DNA of 63,011 bases, filler included, from 6 parts of 6 records of this genome joined end to end with filler, not necessarily neighbours in it; one strand, 5' to 3'. Counted from the whole stretch's first letter, positions 36,527 to 47,345 are shown. The notes: a model not told the origin generated them from the letters alone. Numbers and translations are program-made.

Positions 36527-38980
36527 ATGAAAAATATAGTTACTATACTATTCTTAACTATTACCTCTTTTGTTTTTGCTCAACAAGGGCAAATTAAAGG
36601 GCAAGTAATTTCCAACAGCGGGGAAGTTATTCCTGGCGCAAATATAATTTTAACAGGAACAAATATTGGAATTAACACAGATGAATCTGGTTATTTTGAA
36701 ATTGAAAACGTTCCAGCAAAAAGATATAAAATAAAAGTATCCTATATTGGGTTTAGAACCACTTCAAAGGATATTCGTGTTTACAACAACCAAACTACCA
36801 ATTTAGGTACTATTGAAATTATTGAAAAGAGTGAAGAGCTTGGAGAAGTAGTTTTAGAAGGATATAAAAAGAATAAATTTTACAGATCAGAAAGCACTGT
36901 TGTCTCTAAACTTCCTCTAAAAGACATTGAAAACCCACAAGTATACAATACCGTTTCGAGCAAGTTATTAAACGAACAAGTTATTACAAATTTTGAAGAT
37001 GCGTTAAAAAATGCACCTGGTATATACAAACTTTGGGAATCTACAGGTCGTGGTGGCGATGGTGGCGGTTATTACTCTTTAAGAGGTTTTGCGGTACAAC
37101 CAACCATGATGAATGGATTACCTAGTTTAACCAACGGAACTATGGATCCTGCTAATATTGAAAATGTAGAAATTATAAAAGGCCCATCGGGTACTTTATA
37201 TGGGAGTAGTTTAATTTCTTATGGTGGATTAATAAATGTAAACACAAAGCGTCCACATTTTGACGGATTTGGAGGAAGTATTTCTTATACTGGAGGAAGC
37301 TATGGATTAAACCGTGTTACTGCAGACATCAATACTTTATTAAATGAAGAAGAAACTGTAGCGCTTCGTATTAATACTGCCTATCATACCCAAAATAGTT
37401 TTCAGGATGCAGGCTTAAAAAAATCTATTTATGTAGCTCCGTCTCTAGCTTACAAAGCAAACGACCGATTGACTTTCAATATCAACACTGAATTTTACAG
37501 TGGAGAAAACACTAACCAAACTATGTTATTTCTAGATAGAGGTGCAGAATTACGGGTGCATAATATTGATGAATTAGGCTATGATAATAACCGTTCTTAC
37601 ACCAGTAACGATTTAACAATTAAAAACCCTACGTTTAGTGTTCAAGGGGAAATGCGTTACAAATTGAGCGATAATTGGACTTCACAAACAGCTATATCGA
37701 GTTCGAGTGCAAAATCTAATGGGTATTATTCGTATTTATATGAAATAACAAATACCGTAGATCAAGTTTCTCCAATTAACGATGGGATTATCCTTTCTCG
37801 TTATACAAGCAAACAAAATTCAGAAAAAACAGGAGTAGATATCCAACAAAACTTTATTGGAGAATTCAATTTAGGAAACTTCAAAAACAAAATGGTTGCA
37901 GGATTGGATTATTACAATCAACGTATTATTAACAATAGTACAGGGTATGCAAACCAAGGATTTGTTTATATAGGTACTAATAATGACGAGTTTGCTGCTG
38001 TTGCTCCTGCTCTTCACCAACAATTTGGAACTCCAATGAATGATGGTTTTGTTGACGACACAGGTATTTTAACACAAGCTGGTGCAGATGCTAGTATTGC
38101 TACATTAGGAAATCCAAGCGCTCAATACAGCGAGACGAAACAAGAAATATACAGTGCATATGTATCTGATGTTATTTACTTTCTGCCTCAGTTATCTGCA
38201 ATGGCTAGTTTAAGACTTGATCATTTCTCTAATGATGCACACGAGCAAACTGCGCTGTCTCCTAAATTCGGATTAATTTACCAACCAATCTTAGACAAGG
38301 TTTCAATTTTTGCTAATTACATGAATGGATTTAGCAATGTTGCTCCAAGAATTGTTCAAGATGGACAAACAACTACAACACTAAGTTTTGATCCTGAAAA
38401 AGCAAATCAATTTGAAGTTGGAACAAAACTGAGTCTATTTGAAAACAAGCTTGCTGCCACTTTAAGTTACTATGATATAAAAGTAAGTAACATTGTTTTA
38501 AGCACAAGTCCTACCACCTACTCTCAGGGAGGAGAACAGTACAGTAAAGGTTTTGAAACAAGTATTACTGCCAACCCTATTGAAGGATTAAATATTATTG
38601 CTGGTTATAGCTATAACGACAGTAAAGTTACCGAAGGTGCGGAAGATTTTGTTAATAAACGACCAGAACAAGCAGGACCTCAAAATTTGGCTAACTTATG
38701 GGCTAGCTACCATTTTTACAATGGTTCTTTAAAAGGTTTTGGTGCAGGTTTTGGAGGAAACTATGCTAGTGATAATATGATTTTTAACAGAAACTTAGCC
38801 GGTACATTTACAGTTCCTGAATATACAGTTTTAAATGCGTCTATATTTTACGAAGTAAAAGACTTTAGCATTACTCTTAAATTAAACAATATTGCAAACG
38901 AAGAATATTACACTGGTTGGTCTACTGTGAGTCCGCAAATGCCAAGATCATTCTCTGCAAACTTTACTTATAACTTTTAA
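36527..38980 (+). CDS. TonB-dependent siderophore receptor
   Basis: KLPLKDIENPQVY, YSLRGF, VEIIKGPSGTLYGS, C-terminal YNF. Confidence 0.93.
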   Translation: MKNIVTILFLTITSFVFAQQGQIKGQVISNSGEVIPGANIILTGTNIGINTDESGYFEIENVPAKRYKIKVSYIGFRTTSKDIRVYNNQTTNLGTIEIIEKSEELGEVVLEGYKKNKFYRSESTVVSKLPLKDIENPQVYNTVSSKLLNEQVITNFEDALKNAPGIYKLWESTGRGGDGGGYYSLRGFAVQPTMMNGLPSLTNGTMDPANIENVEIIKGPSGTLYGSSLISYGGLINVNTKRPHFDGFGGSISYTGGSYGLNRVTADINTLLNEEETVALRINTAYHTQNSFQDAGLKKSIYVAPSLAYKANDRLTFNINTEFYSGENTNQTMLFLDRGAELRVHNIDELGYDNNRSYTSNDLTIKNPTFSVQGEMRYKLSDNWTSQTAISSSSAKSNGYYSYLYEITNTVDQVSPINDGIILSRYTSKQNSEKTGVDIQQNFIGEFNLGNFKNKMVAGLDYYNQRIINNSTGYANQGFVYIGTNNDEFAAVAPALHQQFGTPMNDGFVDDTGILTQAGADASIATLGNPSAQYSETKQEIYSAYVSDVIYFLPQLSAMASLRLDHFSNDAHEQTALSPKFGLIYQPILDKVSIFANYMNGFSNVAPRIVQDGQTTTTLSFDPEKANQFEVGTKLSLFENKLAATLSYYDIKVSNIVLSTSPTTYSQGGEQYSKGFETSITANPIEGLNIIAGYSYNDSKVTEGAEDFVNKRPEQAGPQNLANLWASYHFYNGSLKGFGAGFGGNYASDNMIFNRNLAGTFTVPEYTVLNASIFYEVKDFSITLKLNNIANEEYYTGWSTVSPQMPRSFSANFTYNF

Positions 38981-38991
38981 TTAAATATACC

Positions 38992-39708
38992 ATGAAAAAA
39001 ATAATAGCAATCGCAATTTTCTTACTTGCAACTACCAATACTTTTGCACATTACCTTTGGATTGAAACAAATACCAATGGAGAATTAGGAAAAGAACAAG
39101 AAGTAAAAGTACACTTTGGTGAATATACGTATGGCGTTATTGAAAAAGTTGAAGGGGACGCCTTTTCAAATGTAAATAAATTTACTGTTTGGTTAGTTTC
39201 TCCATCTGGAGTAAAAACTCCTTTGGAAACTTCTGCTAAAGAAACTTTTTACTTAACCGCTTTTACTCCTACAGAAGAAGGAACTTACACCATCCTTCTG
39301 AATAACAATGAAGTTGACGTAATTGATTATACGCAGTACGACTTCGGAATTTTTAAAACTCATTATCATTCTGTAGCTAATGTAAACGTAGGAAACAACA
39401 GCAACGACACTGCAGCGCAAAATGAAGAAGGAATTACCGTAAAAAGAATAGCTTCTAATGATGAAGAAGTAAAACTTCAGGTGCTTTATAAAAATAAGCC
39501 TTTGGCAAAAAATGAAGTAACCGTTTTTGTTTCAGACCAATGGTCTAAAACTTTACATAGTGATGAAGAAGGATATATTTCTTTCAAACAACCATGGGAT
39601 ACAAAATACATTTTAGAAACTACCTACAAAGAAGAAGTTCCTGGCTCTTATAATGGAGAGGATTACCAATTTGTATGGCATTGTGCTACCTATTGTATTC
39701 CAGAATAA
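38992..39708 (+). CDS. DUF4198-like periplasmic protein
   Basis: Signal peptide ending FA|HYLWIE, position in an iron-uptake cluster. Confidence 0.75.
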   Translation: MKKIIAIAIFLLATTNTFAHYLWIETNTNGELGKEQEVKVHFGEYTYGVIEKVEGDAFSNVNKFTVWLVSPSGVKTPLETSAKETFYLTAFTPTEEGTYTILLNNNEVDVIDYTQYDFGIFKTHYHSVANVNVGNNSNDTAAQNEEGITVKRIASNDEEVKLQVLYKNKPLAKNEVTVFVSDQWSKTLHSDEEGYISFKQPWDTKYILETTYKEEVPGSYNGEDYQFVWHCATYCIPE

Positions 39709-39795
39709 CCATATTTGACTTAGCAAAAACAACTCTGAATTACCCTCAGAGTTGTCTTTGTTTACACCAAAAAACAAACCATAAATAATAAACCA

Positions 39796-40125
39796 ATGAC
39801 TACTTTAACTATTTTATTTATTTTTTTAGGGTTTTACACACTATATAGCAGTTCTAAAAGAGCAGCTTTAAATAATTCCAAAATTGACCTTTGGATACAA
39901 CAGCGCTATAAACCTCTAAAGTTAACAGGTGTATTTTTGCTATTAATAGGGTTAGGATTATCTATTCTAACGGAAGGGTTTGCAACTGGTACATTTTTAT
40001 GGTTTATTGTTTTAATGACACTTGGTAGCTTAGTTATTTTATTAACTCCATTAAAACTTATGAACTACAAAACTCTTTTAGTGGTTTTTGTTTGCACTTT
40101 GGTAATAGAAAATTTTATTATTTAA
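39796..40125 (+). CDS. Small membrane protein (DUF3325-like)
   Basis: Four hydrophobic segments, upstream of a PepSY-TM gene. Confidence 0.65.
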   Translation: MTTLTILFIFLGFYTLYSSSKRAALNNSKIDLWIQQRYKPLKLTGVFLLLIGLGLSILTEGFATGTFLWFIVLMTLGSLVILLTPLKLMNYKTLLVVFVCTLVIENFII

Positions 40126-40129
40126 ACTT

Positions 40130-40435
40130 ATGCCAGCTAATAAAAAATATTTAACGAGCTCTCCATGGCAACGTTTGGCTAAAATATCTGCAGGTTTTAT
40201 TGGCGGCTATATGGTTACCATTACTTTTCATTTAGCATTAGCAGTCTGGTTAAACCACGTCAATGTAATGATCTCTTCAACTTTTACAGGATTCATCCTT
40301 TGGGCTACCTTAATGATAGTAGCTTTTCTAGCTAAAAATAGCTTGAAAATATGGGCACTATACCTCTTATTAAGCGGAGTATTTTATGCAATCCTGTATT
40401 TAGGAAAAATATATAACCCTATTATACAACCATAA
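40130..40435 (+). CDS. Small membrane protein of iron-uptake cluster
   Basis: MPANKKYLT...WQRLAKISAGFIGGY, three TM segments. Confidence 0.7.
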   Translation: MPANKKYLTSSPWQRLAKISAGFIGGYMVTITFHLALAVWLNHVNVMISSTFTGFILWATLMIVAFLAKNSLKIWALYLLLSGVFYAILYLGKIYNPIIQP

Positions 40436-40436
40436 A

Positions 40437-40556
40437 ATGAACAAGCGTTCCTATAATATATTTTTTCATTTACATACTATTAGTGGTATTATTATTAGTG
40501 CCGCTCTGTTTGTTATTTTCTTTACTGGTTCATTTTCTTTTTTTAGAGATGAAATT
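40437..40556 (+). CDS. PepSY-associated TM protein, 5' fragment
   Basis: MNKRSYNIFFHLHTISGIIISAALFVIFFTGSFSFFRDEI. Confidence 0.85.
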
Positions 40557-40656
40557 NNNNNNNNNNNNNNNNNNNNNNNNNNNNNNNNNNNNNNNNNNNN
40601 TTAATTAATTAANNNNNNNNNNNNNNNNNNNNNNNNNNNNNNNNNNNNNNNNNNNN
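40557..40656. other. Artificial contig linker
   Basis: N-run with TTAATTAATTAA. Confidence 0.98.
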
Positions 40657-40741
40657 GTAAGCGGTAATATTGATCCGCTTTTCATGGCTCTTACCAATAC
40701 ATTGCTGTTTTATCGGGCATCCCTTGCAATCGTAAAGTACA

Positions 40742-40940
40742 CGACTCCCAACTTCCGCCTTCTTCAATCTTTAAATGTGGAATTGTGTAATAAGCAAAAC
40801 CTTCGACTTCCGACTCCTTCAATCTTTTCAATTTTCAATTTTTCAATGTGGAATTGTGTAATAAATAATCTTGAATTTCCCGACTCCCGACTCCCGACTC
40901 CCAACTCCCGACTTCAGACTCCTTCAATCTTTAAATTTTG
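40742..40940. repeat. Composite short tandem repeat region (CCCGACT heptamers plus repeated ATGTGGAATTGTGTAATAA)
   Basis: CCCGACT-type units x5-6 at about 40878-40921. ATGTGGAATTGTGTAATAA occurs twice and CTTCAATCTTT three times. Confidence 0.75.
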
Positions 40941-41147
40941 CTTTAAAATAAGAAAATAAAAATCCGGTTCTGTGTTAATTCGAAAATACAGCCACTTTTT
41001 ACTACATCATCATTTTACCACATAAAACCATTCTTATACAACAAATATTTATTTTTAAGTATAATAAATAGTAAGTTTATCCCGCTGTTAAGATGTTAAT
41101 TATATAGTAATATTGTTTGGTGAATTATTATTATATATCATTATTAA

Positions 41148-41177
41148 AAGCCTAAATATAATGTTTAGGCTTTTTTA
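41148..41177 (+). terminator. Terminator-like hairpin upstream of sensor kinase
   Basis: AAAGCCTAAATA-TAA-TGTTTAGGCTTTTTTT. Confidence 0.7.
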
Positions 41178-41207
41178 TAGTTTATAGGATAAAAAATCAA
41201 TAAAAAG

Positions 41208-43166
41208 TTGGGGCTTAAATTTAAAAATAGCGTTTTTTCACTTCTATTGCTACTGCTTTTGTCGGGATTCTTTTCTTTTGGGCAAAACAATAGCACGTCT
41301 CAAGAGGATCCTCTAAACAATTTCATCAAAATAAATTCTGTACAAGAACGCTTTGATTATTTTTTTAAAGAAACGGATCATTATAGAGAAAGTTCTGCTT
41401 ATAAGTGGATAGATTCTGTAAATGAGGCTATTGATGTAGCAGAAAAAAATAGCGATTCTACTGCAGTTTTTAAGTATAAAACAATGCTGATGAAATTGTA
41501 TTACGATATTGGTAATTACGACAGAAGTGCGTTGATAGGAGAATTGCTATATACCGAAGAAAAAAAGCTTGATAAACACATAAAAGTAGAAATCCTAAAA
41601 ACCCTCGATGTAGTTTATAGAGAACTTCAAATTTATGATAAACAACTAGAAACTAGACGAGCCTTAAAAGGTTTAGGGGAGAATATTGTATTGTATGATG
41701 TTTATGCAGAATTAGGTTTATACAGGCAGGCTATGATGGAATATATTATAGCAAATCAAAGTAAGCTTGAAAGTTCTGGCAACAAATTATATGAGGCAGA
41801 ATATTACAATGTTTTAGGGTCTTATTTGTTAAAAGATGGATCTATTTATACCGCATATAAAAACATCCAAACCGCTAGAGATCGGATTAATAAATTCTTA
41901 ATTGTTAATAGAAATTTATCTGTAAAAGAATTTAATGAAGCTATTTATTTAAAAGGAAAAATAGACAGTAATTTAGGGAAATGTAAAATGTTTCAGAATA
42001 AATTTGAAGAAGCTATTCCGTATTTGGAAGCTGGAATTTCTTCAAGTAAAATTCATGATAAAGGAAAGTACTCCAAAACAATTGTAAATTTATGGGAAGC
42101 CTTAGCGGAGTGTTATTTAGAAATAGGTAATTTAGAAATTGCTCAAAAGTATTTGGATAGTATTGTTTTAGATCAGAAAATAGTAAAATCTAATATTGTA
42201 AACTACAATAGATTACGTGCTAATTTTTATTTAAAAGATAGCAACCCAGACTCTGCTTCTTTATTTTTTAAAGAGTATGTTAAACTAAAAGATTCCCTGG
42301 ATTATAGCAGTAGAAAAAAGCAACTTTTGAGTTTGTTAGTTCAGTTTGATTTGAATAACCAAAAGGAAACTATAGAGAAGCAACGTCTTAATTTAGAAAA
42401 AAATAAAACTGAAATTTTAGAAAGGGAGAAAACAATTTATTTAAGTGTGTCTGCACTTATATTATGTTTTATATCTGTATTAGGACTTATAATAGCGTAC
42501 GCTAGAAGTATTAAAAATAAGCGACTCATAGAGAATCAAAAGAAAATTATAGAAAACTCTTTAATAGAAAAGGATTCCCTGCTTAAAGAAATTCATCATC
42601 GTGTTAAAAACAACCTTCAAGTGGTTTCTAGTTTGTTGAGTATTCAAACCAAGAACACTAAGAGTAAAGCCGCTATAAATGCCTTAGAAGAAGGCAAGAG
42701 TCGCGTAAAAGCAATGGCTCTTATTCATCAGAAATTATATCAAAACGAGGATCTTTCGGTTATTAAAATGCAAGAGTATATAGAATCTCTTGCTGCCAGT
42801 ATACAATCGGTTTACAAAAAGAATGGTTATAAAATTAATCTTCATATCAATGCGGTACAAACCGAATTGGATGTGGATAGAGCAATTCCTATTGGGTTGA
42901 TTTTAAATGAATTAATATCGAATTCTTTTAAATACGCTTTTCAAAATGATAAAAATGGAAATATTTATATCAATCTTTTAAAAGAGAACTCTCAAATTCA
43001 TTTTGAATATAAAGATGATGGAATGGGACTTCCAGAAAATTTTGATGTAAAAGCGTCTGGTTCAATGGGGATGAACCTTATAAGTAGATTAACCAATCAA
43101 CTTCGTTCTTCTTTAAATATAGATACCGAAGGTGTGGGTGTTCGTTTTTGGTTTAATTTCAATTAA
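41208..43166 (+). CDS. TPR-containing sensor histidine kinase (HisKA_2 type)
   Basis: LKEIHHRVKNNLQ, NELISNSFKYAF, DDGMG, periplasmic TPR-like region and one TM. Confidence 0.92.
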   Translation: MGLKFKNSVFSLLLLLLLSGFFSFGQNNSTSQEDPLNNFIKINSVQERFDYFFKETDHYRESSAYKWIDSVNEAIDVAEKNSDSTAVFKYKTMLMKLYYDIGNYDRSALIGELLYTEEKKLDKHIKVEILKTLDVVYRELQIYDKQLETRRALKGLGENIVLYDVYAELGLYRQAMMEYIIANQSKLESSGNKLYEAEYYNVLGSYLLKDGSIYTAYKNIQTARDRINKFLIVNRNLSVKEFNEAIYLKGKIDSNLGKCKMFQNKFEEAIPYLEAGISSSKIHDKGKYSKTIVNLWEALAECYLEIGNLEIAQKYLDSIVLDQKIVKSNIVNYNRLRANFYLKDSNPDSASLFFKEYVKLKDSLDYSSRKKQLLSLLVQFDLNNQKETIEKQRLNLEKNKTEILEREKTIYLSVSALILCFISVLGLIIAYARSIKNKRLIENQKKIIENSLIEKDSLLKEIHHRVKNNLQVVSSLLSIQTKNTKSKAAINALEEGKSRVKAMALIHQKLYQNEDLSVIKMQEYIESLAASIQSVYKKNGYKINLHINAVQTELDVDRAIPIGLILNELISNSFKYAFQNDKNGNIYINLLKENSQIHFEYKDDGMGLPENFDVKASGSMGMNLISRLTNQLRSSLNIDTEGVGVRFWFNFN

Positions 43167-43243
43167 TTTTCTTTAATTTTAGAAGCTGAAAAAGAGTTAT
43201 AATTTCTTAATTACTTTTTTGAGAACTTTTAAAATTTAGAATT

Positions 43244-43921
43244 ATGAAAATTACATTTTACGGGCATGCCGCTTTGGGGATTCAAGTAGAAGATGTACAT
43301 GTATTAGTAGACCCATTCATTTCTGGAAACGAAAAAGCTTCGCATATTGATATAGAAGCCATAAAAGCCGATTATATTTTAGTAACTCATGCGCATCAAG
43401 ACCATACATTAGATGTGGAAAGAATAGCTAAACGTACAGGTGCAATTGTAATTTCAAATGCAGAAATAGCTGGACATTTTGCTAAAATGGATATAGAAAC
43501 ACATCCTATGAACCACGGCGGAAGCTGGGATTTTGAGTTTGGTCTAGTAAAGTATGTAAATGCAACACACTCTTCTTCGTTTGCAGATGGTTCTTATGGT
43601 GGGCAGCCAGGAGGGTTTGTTATTGAAGGAGAACATAAAAATATCTATATAGCTGGAGATACTGGACTTACTATGGATATGAAACTTATTCCGCTTTTTA
43701 CAAAATTAGATTTAGCAATTTTACCAATTGGAGATAACTTTACAATGGGAATAGAAGAGGCTATCTATGCATCAAACTTTGTAGAATGTGATAAGGTTTT
43801 AGGCTACCATTTTGATACTTTTGGTTATATTGAAATAGACCATGAGAATGCAAAAAAGCAATTTTATAATGCAGGAAAAGACTTGATGCTTCTTGAAATA
43901 GGTGAAAGTATAGAGTTATAA
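43244..43921 (+). CDS. Metal-dependent hydrolase (metallo-beta-lactamase fold, UPF0173)
   Basis: LVDPFISGN, THAHQDH, IYIAGDT, LPIGDNFTMG. Confidence 0.92.
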   Translation: MKITFYGHAALGIQVEDVHVLVDPFISGNEKASHIDIEAIKADYILVTHAHQDHTLDVERIAKRTGAIVISNAEIAGHFAKMDIETHPMNHGGSWDFEFGLVKYVNATHSSSFADGSYGGQPGGFVIEGEHKNIYIAGDTGLTMDMKLIPLFTKLDLAILPIGDNFTMGIEEAIYASNFVECDKVLGYHFDTFGYIEIDHENAKKQFYNAGKDLMLLEIGESIEL

Positions 43922-44968
43922 ATGAAAGTATCTTACAAAAAGTATATTTTAGAATTTAAACGTCCTAGTGGAACTTCAAGAGGCGTGCTTACAACCAAAG
44001 AAACTTGGTTTATAATTATAGAAGATGGTACTAAGTTTGGTATTGGAGAATGTGGAATTCTTCGCTCATTAAGTATTGATGATCGATCAGATTATGAAGA
44101 GAAGCTGAAATGGGTTTGCGAGCATATCCATTTAGGAAAAGACAAGCTCTGGGAGTTGCTTATAGAGTTTCCTTCAATTCAATTTGGAGTGGAACAAGCA
44201 TTTTTATCTTTTGAAAGTAAAAATTCTTTTGAATTATTTCCTTCGGATTTTTCTAAAGGAAAAGCTTCAATCCCTATAAATGGATTAATTTGGATGGGAG
44301 AAGAGGCCTTCATGAAAGAGCAGATTAAAGATAAAATAGAAGCAGGCTTTGATTGCATTAAAATGAAAATTGGAGCCATAGATTTTGATGCAGAATTTGA
44401 GCTTTTAAAAGCTATCCGAAGAAACTTTTCAGCAAAAGAAATAGAATTACGAGTAGATGCCAATGGTGCGTTTTCTACTCATGAAGCTAAAAATAAACTA
44501 GAAAGATTAGCATCTTTAGACTTGCATTCCATAGAACAGCCTATAAAACAAGGGAATTGGCATGAAATGGCTAAGCTTTGTAAGGATACAGAATTGCCAA
44601 TTGCTTTGGATGAAGAATTAATAGGGGTATTTTCTGTAACAAAAAAGAGAGAATTACTACAAACAGTACAGCCACAATACATTATTTTAAAGCCAAGTTT
44701 GGTTGGAGGGTTTAAAGGTTCTCAAGAATGGATTTCGCTATGCCAGGAGTTAAATATTGGTTGGTGGGTTACAAGCGCTTTAGAGAGTAATATCGGTTTA
44801 AATGCCATAGCACAATGGACAGCAACATTACAAAATAAAATGCCTCAAGGTTTGGGTACTGGAAGTTTATATACCAATAATATTGAGAGCGCCTTGGAAG
44901 TAAAGAATGGGGCTTTACATTATAACATAAATAAGAACTGGGATATGAGTCTTTTAAAATCTATTTGA
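43922..44968 (+). CDS. menC: o-succinylbenzoate synthase
   Basis: KMKIG, RVDANG, IEQP, LDEEL, ILKPSLVGG, TSALES. Confidence 0.9.
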   Translation: MKVSYKKYILEFKRPSGTSRGVLTTKETWFIIIEDGTKFGIGECGILRSLSIDDRSDYEEKLKWVCEHIHLGKDKLWELLIEFPSIQFGVEQAFLSFESKNSFELFPSDFSKGKASIPINGLIWMGEEAFMKEQIKDKIEAGFDCIKMKIGAIDFDAEFELLKAIRRNFSAKEIELRVDANGAFSTHEAKNKLERLASLDLHSIEQPIKQGNWHEMAKLCKDTELPIALDEELIGVFSVTKKRELLQTVQPQYIILKPSLVGGFKGSQEWISLCQELNIGWWVTSALESNIGLNAIAQWTATLQNKMPQGLGTGSLYTNNIESALEVKNGALHYNINKNWDMSLLKSI

Positions 44969-45060
44969 TTTTTAAATGCTCATTAATAAATTTAGAAACC
45001 AACCGATATAATAGTTAAGGGCATTACAGTTGTCCATTGAAAAATAATAAATAGTAACGG

Positions 45061-46017
45061 ATGAAGTATATAGAACAAGTGTTTAAATATAAACACGAAT
45101 TTTGGAGGTATTTATTAGGCTCTATAGTTATAATTTTTGTTAGTCAGATTATGCAAATTCCATTTGTATTAGCGGTACTTTACAAAGAAGGGGTTAGCGT
45201 ATTAGAATCTGGAGACGGTTATAAGTTATTAAGTGTTTTAGAACCCAATTTAAATTTGTTTTTATTAATGCTCCCATTTGCTGTTTGTCTTCCCTTGTTA
45301 TTTTTATGGGTTAAAAAGTTTCATGAGCAGTCAATCATATCTTTAACTACAGCAAGAAAAAAGATAGATTGGAAGCGTGTAAATTTTTCTTTTTTATTAT
45401 GGGCAGGAATTACAGCTGTTTTGGTAATAATAGACATTCAATTAGCTCCAGAAAATTATGAGTACAATTTTAAACTAGTTCCATTTGTAATTTTATTTTT
45501 GATAGGAATTATTATGATTCCAATTCAAACCAGTTTGGAGGAATATATTTTTAGAGGGTATTTGATGCAAGGTTTTGGAGCTTTGTTTTTAAATAAATGG
45601 GCACCACTTTTATTAACTTCTTTTATTTTTGGTGGTTTGCATGCCTTTAATCCCGAAGTAGCTAAATTAGGATATGAGATTATGGTATATTATATTGGAA
45701 CAGGATTATTTTTAGGAATTTTAACTTTAATGGACGATGGAATGGAGCTAAGTCTCGGATTTCATGCAGCAAATAATCTAATTACTGCTTTGCTGGTTAC
45801 TGCAGATTGGACAGCGTTTAGAACACATTCTATATACAAGGATGTTTCTAATCCAGAATTAGGATGGGATATTTATATACCTGTTTTAGTGGTGTTCCCA
45901 ACTTTACTTTTTATATTTTCTAAAGTTTATAAATGGTCGGATTGGAAAGAAAAATTAACAGGAAAAATTACAGCACCTATGGTTATTGAAAAAATATCCG
46001 AAACAAATCCGCTTTAA
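45061..46017 (+). CDS. CPBP/Abi (CAAX protease-like) membrane metalloprotease
   Basis: EEYIFRGY, FGGLH, GFHAANN. Confidence 0.92.
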   Translation: MKYIEQVFKYKHEFWRYLLGSIVIIFVSQIMQIPFVLAVLYKEGVSVLESGDGYKLLSVLEPNLNLFLLMLPFAVCLPLLFLWVKKFHEQSIISLTTARKKIDWKRVNFSFLLWAGITAVLVIIDIQLAPENYEYNFKLVPFVILFLIGIIMIPIQTSLEEYIFRGYLMQGFGALFLNKWAPLLLTSFIFGGLHAFNPEVAKLGYEIMVYYIGTGLFLGILTLMDDGMELSLGFHAANNLITALLVTADWTAFRTHSIYKDVSNPELGWDIYIPVLVVFPTLLFIFSKVYKWSDWKEKLTGKITAPMVIEKISETNPL

Positions 46018-46079
46018 ACTTTTTTATCAACTAAAACCGTTTTAATTTTATTGCTGAATAATGATTAATAACATCAGCA

Positions 46080-47168
46080 ATGGAAAATACACCTTCTTTT
46101 GATAAAGTACATTTAAGATTTAAACTTAACGGAACTTATTTTGACCGGGAAGATCTAAAGGAAGTAGCTTATAGCTTTGTAAAAGAAGGAGAGCCTTATG
46201 AGCAATCTATAGGCGATTTTTTAATGGACTGGCTTAACAATAAAGACCATTTATACGTTCGTACTTCTGGTTCTACGGGGACGCCAAAACATATCAGAAT
46301 CCAAAAACAGTTTATGGTGAATTCTGCCATAGCCTCTGGAGATTTTTTTAATATCTCTGTAGGAGATTCAGCTTTGCATTGTCTACCTGCGGAATATATT
46401 GCCGGAAAAATGATGCTTGTTAGAGCTATGATTCTTGGTTTAGAAATAGACCTCGTAGCGCCAACATTACATCCGTTAATTGAGAAGGAATATGATTTTT
46501 CTGCAATGATTCCTTTACAGGTGTATAATTCTCTTGACAAATTAAACAATATAAAACAACTTATTGTTGGTGGTGCAGCTGTAAAAAAGGAACTTATTGA
46601 AAGCGTTCAGAATAAAGACACTTTGGTGTATGAGACCTATGGAATGACAGAGACTGTTACGCATATAGCAGCCAAGCAAATTAATAACTTTAGGTCTGCT
46701 GAAGCTATGGAGAACGCACATTTTAAAGTACTTCCAAATGTGAAGGTTACCTTAGATAAGCGTAATTGTTTGGTAATTGATGCTCCTTATATTGCTGAAG
46801 AAACTATTGTAACCAATGATATTGTAGCGTTAATTAGCGCAGATGAATTTGATTGGAAAGGACGTTACGATAATATTATAAACTCTGGTGGGGTAAAACT
46901 TATTCCTGAACAGATTGAAAAGAAGCTTGCTCCCATAATTCAACAACGGTTTTTTGTATACGGAATTGAAGATGCCGAACTAGGAGAAAAATTAATAATG
47001 GTTGTAGAAGGGAAAGAAGATTCTAAATTGGAAACAGAAATAAAGAAAGTGGGGGATTTAGAGAAATTTGAACATCCTAAATCTATTTACTTTTTAGATA
47101 AGTTTTTAGAGACTGAAAACGGGAAAGTAATTAGAGAACCCAGCGTACATAAGGCTCTAGGAGCTTAA
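46080..47168 (+). CDS. menE: o-succinylbenzoate-CoA ligase-like AMP-binding protein
   Basis: TSGSTGTPK, YETYGMTET, GRYDNIINSGGVKLIPEQIE. Near menC. Confidence 0.85.
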   Translation: MENTPSFDKVHLRFKLNGTYFDREDLKEVAYSFVKEGEPYEQSIGDFLMDWLNNKDHLYVRTSGSTGTPKHIRIQKQFMVNSAIASGDFFNISVGDSALHCLPAEYIAGKMMLVRAMILGLEIDLVAPTLHPLIEKEYDFSAMIPLQVYNSLDKLNNIKQLIVGGAAVKKELIESVQNKDTLVYETYGMTETVTHIAAKQINNFRSAEAMENAHFKVLPNVKVTLDKRNCLVIDAPYIAEETIVTNDIVALISADEFDWKGRYDNIINSGGVKLIPEQIEKKLAPIIQQRFFVYGIEDAELGEKLIMVVEGKEDSKLETEIKKVGDLEKFEHPKSIYFLDKFLETENGKVIREPSVHKALGA

Positions 47169-47245
47169 AAACAGGTTTTTAGAATTGATTTCTATAAAAG
47201 AGTCATTGTTATTGCCTTAATCCCTCATAGAGGGTCTAATTCCCC

Positions 47246-47345
47246 NNNNNNNNNNNNNNNNNNNNNNNNNNNNNNNNNNNNNNNNNNNNTTAATTAATTA
47301 ANNNNNNNNNNNNNNNNNNNNNNNNNNNNNNNNNNNNNNNNNNNN
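47246..47345. other. Artificial contig linker
   Basis: N-run with TTAATTAATTAA. Confidence 0.98.

Noticed and set aside
40657-40959. 91-aa ORF 40684-40959, a CRISPR array, or a structured RNA at the contig start
   Set aside because: The ORF just translates the tandem repeats, there is no regular repeat-spacer pattern or cas gene, and the contig-edge sequence could not be matched to any RNA family by eye.
7936-47345. Five identical TTAATTAATTAA elements and abrupt GC shifts that could look like repeats or island borders
   Set aside because: Each is centred in a 100-bp N spacer and cuts genes mid-frame. They are concatenation artefacts, so no gene neighbourhood should be inferred across them.
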